From a virus (lineage: Duplodnaviria > Caudoviricetes), in the IMG/VR virus record IMGVR_UViG_3300009012_000001, positions 1-56,988 of that record: 56,988 nucleotides of DNA; one strand, written 5' to 3'. Numbering within the stretch: the stretch's first letter is position 1; each line of letters begins with the position of its first letter. The notes below the pieces were generated by a model that was given only the letters and a program-made list of their open reading frames with translations, did no database searches and was not told the origin of the DNA. The translations under genes were made by a program, and so were the position numbers. Below are positions 44,579 to 54,350 of the stretch, in pieces.

Positions 44579-47524
44579 TCACCAGTACGCCCCCACGAAC
44601 GGCGCGGCGGCGTCCTTGGCGCGCCAGGTCAATTCCGCTTCCAGGTCCTCCATCGTGGCGAACCGGAAGGTCTGGGGGCCGACCCCGTTGGGCGGGACGG
44701 TGTAGTCCCTCGACGCGGCGAGTTCGAACTTGAAGTCGAACCCCTGGCCCAGGATTTTGTTCGCGTCGGAGGCGTAGGTCAACGTGTCCGCGTTCATGTA
44801 CCCCGGTTTGCCGCGGAAGTATTGCCGCCACGTGTCCAGCACGGTCTGGCACCGCTGGCGGACCTGGTCGGTCACGCGCATCCCGTTTTGCTGCAGTTCG
44901 TAATTGGCCAGCAGCAACTGGTCGCGGCAGATGAAGTGTTTCTGCAGCAGGCGGTCCGGGTAGGCGGCGATGTCGCGCTGCAGCAGCGGCCAGTTCCGCC
45001 AGAACCGTCGGCGGCGCACGGCCTCGGTCAGGTAGCCCGTGTGGGCGATGGCCGCGTCGGACAGCACGACCGTCAGGCCCGGCCCCTCGTTGAGCCCTAG
45101 TTCTGGGTGCTCGTGAATCATGCCGAAGAAGCGCATCGTCTTCCCGCCCTGCGGGGCGCGGCGGAACAGGCGCACGGGCAGGTCGGGCTTGAAGGTCGTG
45201 TCGCAGGCGAAATGATGCTGGCGGATGGAATACCCGTTGAAGATGTTCGCGCGCAGGTACTTGGGGACGCGTTCCGGGTCCATCAGCCGCTCGTCCGTGT
45301 CAATCCACAGCACCCAGTCCATCGCGCAGGCGCCGAGCGCGTCGTTGCGCGGGGCCTCGAACCCGTGCGCGACGGCGTCGCGGGCCGGGACGACGCGGGC
45401 ACGGAACGAGTCGGCGATGCGCCGCCCCTCCGGGGACAGGCCGGTGTCGGCGACCACGAATTCGTCGACCACATCCACCAGCGACCGCAGGCACCAGCGC
45501 ATCTGGTCCTCCGCGCCCGCCCCCGCGATGACCGCGGCGGACACGGTCTGCCGCGGCCGCTGCAGCCGCAGTTTGCGGCCCATGTCGATGGGCCGGACGG
45601 GGGTCTGGTCGGCTTCGTAGGACACGAGGTGCCAGCCCAGGGCCTCGCCCGTGCGTTCCTCCAGCGTGAACGGCATGGTCTGGACCGAAAACCGCGGCTT
45701 GTGGCCGAACATGTCGTGCAGGTCGTGCGGGTCGAATTCCCAGACATGCGCGCGGTGCGGATAGAACCCGTCGGCCAGCGGGTTCGCGCTGAGGTATTCC
45801 CACGGCCCGTACGGCACGGTCAGGAACACGGCGCCGCCGGGCTTCACCCATCGTTCGAGTTTGGTGACGGTCGTCCACGGTTCGGGCAGGTGCTCCAGCG
45901 TTTCGCCCATGAACAGCAGGTCGAACGGAGCGTCCGCAGCCAGGTCCGCGTCCTCGTCGCCCACGCGGAATTCCAGGTTCGCGGGACGGACGGCGCGTTC
46001 GGCGCGGAATCGGTTGGCCCAATCCACGCCGTGCTTGTCGACGTCCACGCCCAGGAATTGCCGCTCAGGAAATTGGTTGCTGAAACCCACCGTGTAGCAG
46101 CCGTGCGCGCAGCCGTAGTCGAGGACCCGGACGGCCGTGGGCCGCTCGCGGAGGGACTGGACGCAGGCGGCGAACCGTTGCTGGTTCGTTTCCGCGTCGA
46201 AGTCCGGCGCGTGCGTCTGCCCGATTTTCTCGTACTGCGCCGTGTAGTCATCCGGCCCTCCGTCGGTGAACGCCCACTGCTCGCGCAACAGCGCCCGGAT
46301 GCGGCGGGCGGGTTCGTCGTCCAGGCCCGCGACCGCTCGCTTCGCGGCAAGGATGTCGCTGTGGCGGATGAAGTGGTAGGCGAGCCGATGCGGGCTGTCG
46401 TTGTTCGCGGCGATGAGCCGGTCGAACCCCGCCGCCCAGTCCGCGGCGACGCCGGACCAGTCCAGCGCCTTGGCGCGTTCCAGGCCAGCGCGGCTGGCCG
46501 CGTCCCACGCCGCGTCGTCGCGCACATAGCGCAGCACGGCCTGCACGAACGGAGCGACATAGTCCGGGTTGACACGCGCACCCGTCCCCTCGCCCACGAC
46601 GGCGGGGATGTCCACCAGCGTCCCGGCGCCTGGGGCCAGCGTTTCCGGGAGCGCCCCGCGCGCGCTGCTGACGACGGGCAGACCGCACGCCTGCGCCTCC
46701 ATCGCGCTGATGCAGGACACCTCCGCGAACGCCGGCTGCATCGGGGACGGCGTCGGATAGACGTACACGCCGCCCGTGAGGTAGTGCGCGTAGAGTTGGT
46801 CCTTCGTCAAATGCCCCAGCCATTCGACGCGGTCGCCGAACGCGCGCATCCGCTCGTCGATGGACTGGTAGAACGGCCGCATCTCCTGGACGGTGTTGTC
46901 GTACCCGCAGACGCACACCCGCAGGGCCGGGTCGGCGGCGAGCAGCGCCGGGAACACGGCGCCGAGCAGGACGTCCAGCCCGCGCTCCGGCCGGGCCGCG
47001 AACAGCAGCTTCTTGCGGTCGCGCGCCGCGCCAGGAGCGATGTGCGCCCGGACCCGCGCCAGGTCCACGCCGTTGCGCGTTGTCCACAGGGCGTCGTCCG
47101 GCAGCGCGTACACCTCCCGGTACTGCGCCCGCATGAACTCGCTGAGGACCATCACGCGGTCCACGTTCCACATGGTGCCGCGGAAGCGGGCGGCCTGGCG
47201 GCCCAGGGCGAGGTCGTGGCACCACAGCAGGTTGAGGCGGCTGGCCATCCGCTGCCCCAGGGCGTCGGGCGTGCGCTGGACGACGCAGACGTCGTGCGGC
47301 ACCGTCTGCGCGTAGACGCCGAACTGGTCGGCGGGGAAATAGGGGACGCCGTCGTACTCGCCCGGGCGGCCGTGGCTGAAGACGCGGACCCGCAGGCCCA
47401 GTTTGGCGAGTTCCCGGGCCACGCACAACGCGGCGGTTTCGGACCCGCCGAGGGCCGCGTGGTCCAGCGTGTCGCCCTGGAAGGGCATGCCAGGCGCGAA
47501 CATGAGGACGTCCAGCCCAGTCAT
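44579..47524 (-). CDS. GT4-methyltransferase-GT2 fusion (981 aa)
   Basis: GT4: GGSETA, PERGLDVLL, EVSCISAMEAQACG; MTase: VLDYGCAHG, ETLEHL; GT2: WIDTDE, IHEHP, AHTGYL. Confidence 0.9.
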   Translation of the reverse strand: MTGLDVLMFAPGMPFQGDTLDHAALGGSETAALCVARELAKLGLRVRVFSHGRPGEYDGVPYFPADQFGVYAQTVPHDVCVVQRTPDALGQRMASRLNLLWCHDLALGRQAARFRGTMWNVDRVMVLSEFMRAQYREVYALPDDALWTTRNGVDLARVRAHIAPGAARDRKKLLFAARPERGLDVLLGAVFPALLAADPALRVCVCGYDNTVQEMRPFYQSIDERMRAFGDRVEWLGHLTKDQLYAHYLTGGVYVYPTPSPMQPAFAEVSCISAMEAQACGLPVVSSARGALPETLAPGAGTLVDIPAVVGEGTGARVNPDYVAPFVQAVLRYVRDDAAWDAASRAGLERAKALDWSGVAADWAAGFDRLIAANNDSPHRLAYHFIRHSDILAAKRAVAGLDDEPARRIRALLREQWAFTDGGPDDYTAQYEKIGQTHAPDFDAETNQQRFAACVQSLRERPTAVRVLDYGCAHGCYTVGFSNQFPERQFLGVDVDKHGVDWANRFRAERAVRPANLEFRVGDEDADLAADAPFDLLFMGETLEHLPEPWTTVTKLERWVKPGGAVFLTVPYGPWEYLSANPLADGFYPHRAHVWEFDPHDLHDMFGHKPRFSVQTMPFTLEERTGEALGWHLVSYEADQTPVRPIDMGRKLRLQRPRQTVSAAVIAGAGAEDQMRWCLRSLVDVVDEFVVADTGLSPEGRRIADSFRARVVPARDAVAHGFEAPRNDALGACAMDWVLWIDTDERLMDPERVPKYLRANIFNGYSIRQHHFACDTTFKPDLPVRLFRRAPQGGKTMRFFGMIHEHPELGLNEGPGLTVVLSDAAIAHTGYLTEAVRRRRFWRNWPLLQRDIAAYPDRLLQKHFICRDQLLLANYELQQNGMRVTDQVRQRCQTVLDTWRQYFRGKPGYMNADTLTYASDANKILGQGFDFKFELAASRDYTVPPNGVGPQTFRFATMEDLEAELTWRAKDAAAPFVGAYW

Positions 47525-47805
47525 GCGCGCGTCTGCCGCACCACGAACCGCTCGCGCCGCACGAAATTGTAGGCGCTCCCGGCCACGGTCTTCAGCGCGA
47601 ACCATTCCCACAGGTACAATTCGCTTTCGCTGGTCGGCATCGTGAACAACGCGTAGTAATGGGTGGTGTCGGACTGCTGCGCCGTGATGGACGCGACGAC
47701 CGTGCCCGCCACGCCCGTGACCTTGAAGATGGGCGCGGAATCCGGCGCCACCGAACTGACGAACGTGAACTGGACCGTGTCGTTCGTTTCGAAGACGTCG
47801 GTCAC
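47521..47805 (-). CDS. Small beta-rich virion protein
   Basis: GTGA/ATGA coupling; DTVQFTF..YYALFT..YLWEW. Confidence 0.6.
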   Translation of the reverse strand: MTDVFETNDTVQFTFVSSVAPDSAPIFKVTGVAGTVVASITAQQSDTTHYYALFTMPTSESELYLWEWFALKTVAGSAYNFVRRERFVVRQTRA

Positions 47806-49007
47806 TGCGTCGTCCGGACCGCCCCGACCTGGATGCCGACGGGGTCCGTAGCCTCCAGCCGCCGTCCGACGACGTCCGCCGCGCCCGTGAACCGCCCCAA
47901 GGCGTCCGCCGCCGCCGCCCGCCGCCCGAGCGCGTCCGCCGCCCCGACCGCGCGCCCGAGGTAGTCCATCGCGTCCACGCGGGCGAACATCACGCGGATG
48001 AGCACCGTGATGACGCTGGTCACCACGCTGTCCAGGAGCAGCGTGCCGTCGCGGACGAACAGTTCCCGCAACTCGCGCATCAGGTCGGAGATGAACAGAC
48101 GCTCCTGGCGCGTCAAGTCCACGGTCGAAAACCGCCAATCCAACAGGTAGACGCCATCGGTGAGAAGCCGCTGCCGTACTGTCTGCGGATACGCCGCATC
48201 AGTGAGAAACATCTTGTCCAGAAAGCCGTGCAGTGCGTCTCGGATGGCACGGTCGGAGAGGAACAACCCGTCTTGAATCAGATGGTCTTGGGCACGGATG
48301 GCGCGGTCGTCGAGGTAGAGATAGTCCGTCACGGCGCGGAGGATGACGCCGACTGCCCCGCGTTCGACGGCCGTCGCCACCGTATCGAGGAGATACATCC
48401 CCTCGCGACGCGCCATCTCCAGCGTCTTCGTCGCGCGGTCGGAAAGGAACAGTCCTTCGAGGAACTGCCGCGCCAATTCCGATTTCCGCATATCGGACAG
48501 GAAGACGCCTTCACGCAGGAACCGTTCGAGTGCGCGCACGGCGGTGTCGGCGAGGTACACGCCGTCGGCGGCGAACCGCTGGCGGATGGCCTGGACCAGC
48601 GCGCTCTCGCCGAGCAGAAGCGCGTCGACAAACGGCCGCGCCAATTCCGACCGCCGGACGTCGGACAGGTACGCCCCGTCCCGCAGGAATTTCTCCAGGA
48701 GTTTGACCGTCGCGTCGCCCATCAACGGGGCATCTCGCGTCAGTTTCTCTTGGATGCGAGACAACACATCGCTGAGGAAGAATCCCTCGCGGAACGGTTT
48801 TTCTTGCGCGCTCGTGCGCGGGTCGGCCATCAGGAACGTATCGAGAAACTTGCGCTCGATAATCTTCGCGACAAAGTCCGCGAGATAGAGTCCGTCGCGG
48901 GTCGTAATCCCGAACTGTTTGGGGAACGCCGCCGTCCACGAGTCCGAGGGCGCCAACTTGGGCGGGCGACGATAGACCCCGCGCCCCCGCCCGACGGGTT
49001 GCGTCAT
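47802..49007 (-). CDS. Repeat-rich fibre-like virion protein
   Basis: Many repeats of about 19 aa with a (D/E)GxxLxD core. Confidence 0.7.
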   Translation of the reverse strand: MTQPVGRGRGVYRRPPKLAPSDSWTAAFPKQFGITTRDGLYLADFVAKIIERKFLDTFLMADPRTSAQEKPFREGFFLSDVLSRIQEKLTRDAPLMGDATVKLLEKFLRDGAYLSDVRRSELARPFVDALLLGESALVQAIRQRFAADGVYLADTAVRALERFLREGVFLSDMRKSELARQFLEGLFLSDRATKTLEMARREGMYLLDTVATAVERGAVGVILRAVTDYLYLDDRAIRAQDHLIQDGLFLSDRAIRDALHGFLDKMFLTDAAYPQTVRQRLLTDGVYLLDWRFSTVDLTRQERLFISDLMRELRELFVRDGTLLLDSVVTSVITVLIRVMFARVDAMDYLGRAVGAADALGRRAAAADALGRFTGAADVVGRRLEATDPVGIQVGAVRTTQ

Positions 49008-49462
49008 GCTTCCTCCAGCACGACGACGGCGGACACGGTCAACGCGGCGGCGGGTGCGGTCGGAAACTGGATGGCAATCCGCGAGCTGGTGACCGCCGAG
49101 ACCGTGATGCGCGTTTCGGGCGTCGGCAGATAATGCCAGCCGTTAATGATGTTCTGACTGTCCCGCCAGAGCGTGGCCAACACGGTGGACGCGCTGCCGG
49201 TCGCGCCCCGCACAATGCCGCCGAAGACGACCGTGTTGCCATCCAGCAGGTTTTGCGGGGTGATGGAGGTCCCCAGCGCGGAAAAACTCTGCGCGGTGCG
49301 GATGATGGCCACCGGCAACTGGGTGCTCGTGGTGCTCGCGTCCTGGCTGACCTTGACTTCGTGGATGGTGAAGCCCGCGATGGATGACGGCTGAATGAAG
49401 AGCAAGTCCGACGCGACGCTGACCGATGTCCCAGACAGGACCGCTGTGTAGAGTCTGCCCAT
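49004..49462 (-). CDS. Ser/Thr-rich virion protein
   Basis: GAGG RBS; WHYLPTPETRI; beta-rich. Confidence 0.65.
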   Translation of the reverse strand: MGRLYTAVLSGTSVSVASDLLFIQPSSIAGFTIHEVKVSQDASTTSTQLPVAIIRTAQSFSALGTSITPQNLLDGNTVVFGGIVRGATGSASTVLATLWRDSQNIINGWHYLPTPETRITVSAVTSSRIAIQFPTAPAAALTVSAVVVLEEA

Positions 49463-49466
49463 GGGC

Positions 49467-50717
49467 TTACATCCTCAGTTGGGTGCGTTCGCGGTTTCGG
49501 AAAATGAATGTCGGTGCCGCGACAACCGTATCGCCAAACGCGAGATAGCCGATTTGGCTCAGGACGGAATCCTGGGCAGTCCACGTGACATTGAATCCGG
49601 ATGCCACGCGGCCAGTCAAGCTTCCAGTCCAGAGGGCGATGAGGCCATCGGCGCTGGAAACTTGCAACACTGCCACGATATCATTCCGTCGATTCGCATT
49701 CGAGAGATTGAGGTCTTCCACGCCTTGCCAGACCGTCCCCGCCCGAGCAAAATCGCCCGCCCCGATGCCACACATCGCATGGGCGGTGATGGTCGTCGCA
49801 CTCGCATCCTGCCACGTCGCCAACAGGAGCCCCGCGGCGGAAAACCCCACCGTCACGGCCTGGCTATTTGCGCCCACGATACCACTTTTCGCGAACACGT
49901 CGACGGCGTAGGTGCCGCCCCGCAAGGCAAGATACGCGATTTGGTAGGCACTCGCCGGGGCGTCAATGATATTGAGGCTAAACCCATCCGTCAGCATGGC
50001 CGTATGGTCCACTTGGAAATCAATGGCGGCAGTATCAGTCAATCCCACCAAGCAGGAGTCCGCCCGCTGATGACGCATCGCGTCCACCCCGGTGGTCATG
50101 GTTTGATTGTCTGCCGCCGTCAGCGCCCACGCCCAACGTTTGGTCGCGGATTGCGCCGCCCCCAAGGTCCACTTGAGGTTCGCCAAACTGTTCCCGAGTT
50201 GGCTCGCGAGCACGTTCGCGGCGAGGAACAACACGGTATCAGGTTGGAATCCGACGCCGCCAATAGTCTGTGTCCCCGTGACCGCCGCCAACGAAAACAC
50301 ACCGACTTTGGCATTCGTCAAATCCGTCCCACCCAACGCCAAGTAATGAATCCAGAGGCTCGTGGCGGTGGTGGACCAATTGAGATTGAAGCCATCGGAC
50401 CACAACGTCGAACAATCACAGTCGTATTGGACGCTGCCCGTACCATCAAGCAACACCTGAAGTGCCTTGGTGGACATGCGATGCGCCGTATTCGTCGTCG
50501 CGACCGCATCATCGGCACCGACCCCCACCGTGAATTGCGCATCCGATGATGTCGCGAATCCAAACCCCCACGCCACGCCGGCGACCGTCCCGCTCCCAGT
50601 GGTCATCCGGTCCGACCACAAGAGCAGGGCTTTGGGCTGGAATCCAAGCCCGCCCGTCGATTGAACACCCGTGGCCACGGGCGACCGGAGAATATCTTTG
50701 CGCACGGAGAAGGCCAT
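49467..50717 (-). CDS. Virion protein with three internal repeats (paralog of 50725-52350)
   Basis: Repeat units with G(L/V)GFQP..DGFxLx..YLAL. Confidence 0.75.
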   Translation of the reverse strand: MAFSVRKDILRSPVATGVQSTGGLGFQPKALLLWSDRMTTGSGTVAGVAWGFGFATSSDAQFTVGVGADDAVATTNTAHRMSTKALQVLLDGTGSVQYDCDCSTLWSDGFNLNWSTTATSLWIHYLALGGTDLTNAKVGVFSLAAVTGTQTIGGVGFQPDTVLFLAANVLASQLGNSLANLKWTLGAAQSATKRWAWALTAADNQTMTTGVDAMRHQRADSCLVGLTDTAAIDFQVDHTAMLTDGFSLNIIDAPASAYQIAYLALRGGTYAVDVFAKSGIVGANSQAVTVGFSAAGLLLATWQDASATTITAHAMCGIGAGDFARAGTVWQGVEDLNLSNANRRNDIVAVLQVSSADGLIALWTGSLTGRVASGFNVTWTAQDSVLSQIGYLAFGDTVVAAPTFIFRNRERTQLRM

Positions 50718-50724
50718 CAGGTCG

Positions 50725-52350
50725 TCACAGAATGTTGGTCCACGTCCGGTCCTCTTTCGCGCCGTTGTAGATGGCGTAGAACGACCCGTCATCAATCACC
50801 ACGGCGGTCGCCTTGGCGTAGCCCGCCGGCAACATCGCGGGGACATCGGACGCAAATCCCGCGGCCCAGGCATCGCTGCGCGGGTCGAACCAGATGTACG
50901 TGCAGGCTTGAGGGTCCAAGAGATGGAATTGGCGCGCGTAGTTTTCGACGAACGCACTGCCCCGGTCGATGCTATAGGATGACGGCTCGTAGGCGGTCAC
51001 CATGACGACATCCGTCCCCGTCACAGCGGCCCAGGGCCGGAAGTTGTTCACCTGCGAATTATCAATCGCCGCATCCACCACATACCAGACCTTCCATGAC
51101 TGCTGGTCCGGCGAAATGGGCAGGATGTCGACCGTGCAAATCTGGGACGCGACGGCGGGGTTCGGCGACCACGTCAATTCCCAGGTCGCGACCGCCGCCG
51201 TCAAACTACTCGTCGCCGCGGCCGTCACTGAATTCGGCGCGGTCGCCATCCGCATGGCCTGCGATTGCGTGACCGAGGACGCGGCCATGCCCAACACGGC
51301 GTCACGCGCCTCAACCCAGACCGCGCCTTGATTCCCCATGAGGTCCGCCGCGCCGAGACTGAATTCGCAATCCCCCTGGATGGTCGTCGCCGACGCCAGC
51401 CCCCAGGAGCACCACAGCATCGCCAGCGGCGAGGTCGGCGCGGACTCGGTGTAGACTTGCGGGGCCGGATTGGTCGGTTTCTCAGACGTGCGGACCATGT
51501 CGCGGTGCAGAGCGGCGTTTTGGTTGACCGCGTCGACGTGCTTCCACGCCAGGTAGCCGAACTGGTAGCCCGTCGCAGGGGCGGTGACATAGTTCAACTC
51601 GAACCCCGTCGGTTGAATCGTGTTGAACGCCGCGCGGTATTCCAACGCCCCTGTGTCGGTCAGGCCGAGCAGCAATGAATCCGCCCGCTGCGTCCGTACC
51701 GCGTCAACTAACGTGGTCATCGTCTGGCCCGACCGCGCCCCGACGGCCAACGCCCATTGCTGCAGTTGCGACACCGCCCCCAATGAATACTTCGCGTGCT
51801 CCAACCCACCGCCCACCGCCGCCGTCGCGGACAGCAGGCACATCGCCGTGGGGGAATAGCCGACGCTGGTCACCTTCGTCCCGGCCGTCGTGCGCATGGT
51901 GTCCACGCCGGACGTGACCTGTTCATAGTCCGTCCCGCCGACCGCCAGATAATGCACCTGCGCCCCGCTCACGACGGCGGTCCAGTCCAAGACGAACCCG
52001 TCCGCCCCGAAACTGTTCGCCGCCGCGCCCATGAGGAGCGCCCCAGACGAATCGGGGAGGTTGATGGCGCGCGCCGTGGACCAGTGCCGCGCCGCCTGCG
52101 TCGTCGTGCGACTGGCGACCGCGAACCCGGCCGCGCACTGATTCGACGCGGTGGCGAACCCGTACGTCAGCGAGGCGTTCGGCACGAATCCGTCGTCGGT
52201 CTGGCCTGTCCCGAAACAAATCAGGAATTTCGGCGGGAACCCCAGTCCGGTAATGGCCTGCGGCCCAGTGGTGCCTGGGCAGAGTGCGACGCCTTTGGTC
52301 GTAAAGGCACTTATGGCGGTACGCGCGGCGTGGCACGCACCGCGTCCCAC
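50725..52350 (-). CDS. Virion protein with three repeats and an extra C-terminal domain
   Basis: TGPQAITGLGFPPK..DGFVLDW..HYLAVGG; start ambiguous. Confidence 0.75.
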   Translation of the reverse strand: MGRGACHAARTAISAFTTKGVALCPGTTGPQAITGLGFPPKFLICFGTGQTDDGFVPNASLTYGFATASNQCAAGFAVASRTTTQAARHWSTARAINLPDSSGALLMGAAANSFGADGFVLDWTAVVSGAQVHYLAVGGTDYEQVTSGVDTMRTTAGTKVTSVGYSPTAMCLLSATAAVGGGLEHAKYSLGAVSQLQQWALAVGARSGQTMTTLVDAVRTQRADSLLLGLTDTGALEYRAAFNTIQPTGFELNYVTAPATGYQFGYLAWKHVDAVNQNAALHRDMVRTSEKPTNPAPQVYTESAPTSPLAMLWCSWGLASATTIQGDCEFSLGAADLMGNQGAVWVEARDAVLGMAASSVTQSQAMRMATAPNSVTAAATSSLTAAVATWELTWSPNPAVASQICTVDILPISPDQQSWKVWYVVDAAIDNSQVNNFRPWAAVTGTDVVMVTAYEPSSYSIDRGSAFVENYARQFHLLDPQACTYIWFDPRSDAWAAGFASDVPAMLPAGYAKATAVVIDDGSFYAIYNGAKEDRTWTNIL

Positions 52351-52682
52351 AACGTCCGCCAGACATCATCCGTCACCACGGTCCCGGTTTTCTGATTGAG
52401 CACCGCGAACCCGACAGGCGCCAGCGCCCCCGCTCCGTAGTCTCCCGTCACGGGGTCATACCAGTAGACATCCGCGGTGCCCCAGCGCGGGTCAGTGCCG
52501 TGGACATAATCGACATACGCCTCCACGGTACTACTCCCCACCACACTGGCATAGGGACGCTGGCGGTCGGAATAGAACGCGATGATTTGCACGCCCGTTG
52601 CCGGGGCGAGGGTCCACGGCAGTTGTGCGGACGTGACCATACTCTTATCCGCATACCAGATACGCCACCCCACAATCGCCAT
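52311..52682 (-). CDS. Hypothetical virion protein
   Basis: GWRIWY..PW..GVQII..YWYDP, similar to the C-terminus of 50725-52350. Confidence 0.6.
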   Translation of the reverse strand: MAIVGWRIWYADKSMVTSAQLPWTLAPATGVQIIAFYSDRQRPYASVVGSSTVEAYVDYVHGTDPRWGTADVYWYDPVTGDYGAGALAPVGFAVLNQKTGTVVTDDVWRTLWDAVRATPRVPP

Positions 52683-52728
52683 GGCTCGTCGTCCGCGGTC
52701 GCGGCGGGTGCCTGACGCATCAACTCCT

Positions 52729-53235
52729 TTACGAACTGCCGACGTTGGTTTCCAGCGTGATTTTCAGCAAATCCGAATCGGCCAGCGTCACGGACGCGAA
52801 CGTGACGCGCTGGAATTCCGCGCCCTGGCCGCTGCCGACGTGGTTGAAAATCCCGGACTCGCGGATGGCGACGGACTGAATGGACTCCGCCGCCCCGCCG
52901 AAGGTCGCCACGGCGGTGTAGACGTTGACCGTCGTGAGGCCGGCCGTGTTCGTGGACAGCGCCTTGCGCTTGATTTCCCCGTATAGCCCCGGCGTGCTGC
53001 CGTCCGTCAGGGCCTCGGCCGTGGTCCCGGTGCCGACGGCCATCCACGCCATGATGGACCCCGGCGCGGTCTGGTTTGAGTCGCCCGCCACGCGCCGGGC
53101 CAGGAATTGGCGGCCGCTGGTGGGGTTGAGGTTCTGGTATTCGGCGTGTTCGTCGGGTTCGTCCAGGTAGTAGCCGCGCCACCCGCGGTAGACGTCCACA
53201 TAGACGCGGCCCCAAATGACGAGCGGTTCGGCCAT
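52729..53235 (-). CDS. Collar/fibre anchor-like protein (DUF3751-like)
   Basis: NL..SGR, MAVGTGTTA, EIKRK, IRESGIFN, RVTFASV. Confidence 0.7.
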   Translation of the reverse strand: MAEPLVIWGRVYVDVYRGWRGYYLDEPDEHAEYQNLNPTSGRQFLARRVAGDSNQTAPGSIMAWMAVGTGTTAEALTDGSTPGLYGEIKRKALSTNTAGLTTVNVYTAVATFGGAAESIQSVAIRESGIFNHVGSGQGAEFQRVTFASVTLADSDLLKITLETNVGSS

Positions 53236-53323
53236 CGGAATCCCCCCTACCTCCGCGTATTGGTGCCGACTGGACGCAGGATGGTGGTGACGGTTTGCCC
53301 AGATGATTTCGCCTTGGGTGTCG

Positions 53324-53656
53324 TCATCGCATTTTCACCACGAGTTGGAAGTCGCGCTGGGCGCCCTGCGCGGCGCTCGATTCCAGGCGCAGGTAGGGGA
53401 ACGGGAAGGCGATGTCCTGCAGCGTGACGGCCGCCGACCCCGTGCCGACCAACCACCCCCAGGGGCCGGTGCCGTCCGATTTCCCCAGGCGCACGAAGTT
53501 CGCGGACGTCTGGTCCACGTTCCCCTGGATGAACAGGGAACACGCCGTGAGGACGGGCGCCCACAGGCCGAACAGGGTGCCGTTCGGCACGGCGACCGTG
53601 CTGCTGACCGTGGCGCCGTTGGCGATGGTGACCGTCGTAACCGTGACCGCTGGCAT
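53324..53656 (-). CDS. Small beta-rich virion protein
   Basis: VTIANGATVSS, FPYLRLES..Q..RDF; AGGGGGG RBS. Confidence 0.65.
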   Translation of the reverse strand: MPAVTVTTVTIANGATVSSTVAVPNGTLFGLWAPVLTACSLFIQGNVDQTSANFVRLGKSDGTGPWGWLVGTGSAAVTLQDIAFPFPYLRLESSAAQGAQRDFQLVVKMR

Positions 53657-53669
53657 AGGCGGCCCCCCT

Positions 53670-53993
53670 TTATTGGGTCCGGAAAATCAGGCCCATGATG
53701 TGGTATGTCGCGGCCGGGGCGGCCCCATCGGTGGTCTGCAGCGTGATGCCGACGCCAGGGTTGATGCTGGTGACGATGTACGACCGCGACGCCAACGACG
53801 CGGCGGCGGTCGGCCCCTGGATGCTCAGGAAGATGAGCGAATCGGAGTCGACCACGGTGGTGGCCACGCTCGTCGTGGCCGTGGTGACGCTGAGGAGTTT
53901 GAACGCCCACGGGTTCGTGTTGCCGATGACCGTGGTGACGGGCCCGCGGAGCATCCCGCGGAAAATCTGTTCCGCTGTCTGTCGACCGGGCAT
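53670..53993 (-). CDS. Ser/Thr-rich small virion protein
   Basis: GGGAGG RBS; VTTATTSVATTVVDSDS. Confidence 0.65.
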   Translation of the reverse strand: MPGRQTAEQIFRGMLRGPVTTVIGNTNPWAFKLLSVTTATTSVATTVVDSDSLIFLSIQGPTAAASLASRSYIVTSINPGVGITLQTTDGAAPAATYHIMGLIFRTQ

Positions 53994-54069
53994 GATGGTG
54001 TCCTCCCGTGCCCGGCGGCGTGTCCGTCAGGGACCGCCGCCGGCGTGATGCCGGCGCCAGGCCGGGGGG

Positions 54070-54270
54070 TTACGGTGCGGTGGTGTCTTTCAACACTTTG
54101 CCGAGCGCGGCTTCCACCCCGGCGCGGACCACGTCCTCGTTCGGCTGGCTGAACGCGTCCATCTTCCGGCGCGCGACGCGTTCGATGTCACGCCAGACCG
54201 TGATGGGGTAGTCCTTGATGTCGCCCTTGTGGAAGTTCGTGCCCACGTCCTTGGTGAAGACCCGCTGCAT
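54070..54270 (-). CDS. Small hypothetical protein after the capsid gene
   Basis: GGGAG RBS before ATG 54270. Confidence 0.55.
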   Translation of the reverse strand: MQRVFTKDVGTNFHKGDIKDYPITVWRDIERVARRKMDAFSQPNEDVVRAGVEAALGKVLKDTTAP

Positions 54271-54283
54271 GGCGGCTCCCGTG

Positions 54284-54326
54284 AACGAAGGGGAGGGCCG
54301 CATCCTCGCGGGTATCGGCCCTCCCC
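54284..54326 (-). terminator. Probable terminator/attenuator after the capsid gene
   Basis: GGGGAGGGCCG/CGGCCCTCCCC stem followed by TTCGTT. Confidence 0.55.
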
Positions 54327-54350
54327 CGATTCTGCCTACGCCACCGCGCC

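Noticed and set aside
43885-46875. GGTAGAA copies inside coding regions (near 4571, 43887, 46867)
   Set aside because: Explained by Phe-Tyr codons (TTC TAC C); not in promoter context
45107-47572. Long + strand ORFs opposite real genes (also 126-1001, 14211-15671, 42090-43370)
   Set aside because: Shadow frames caused by high GC codon bias; no motifs or RBS
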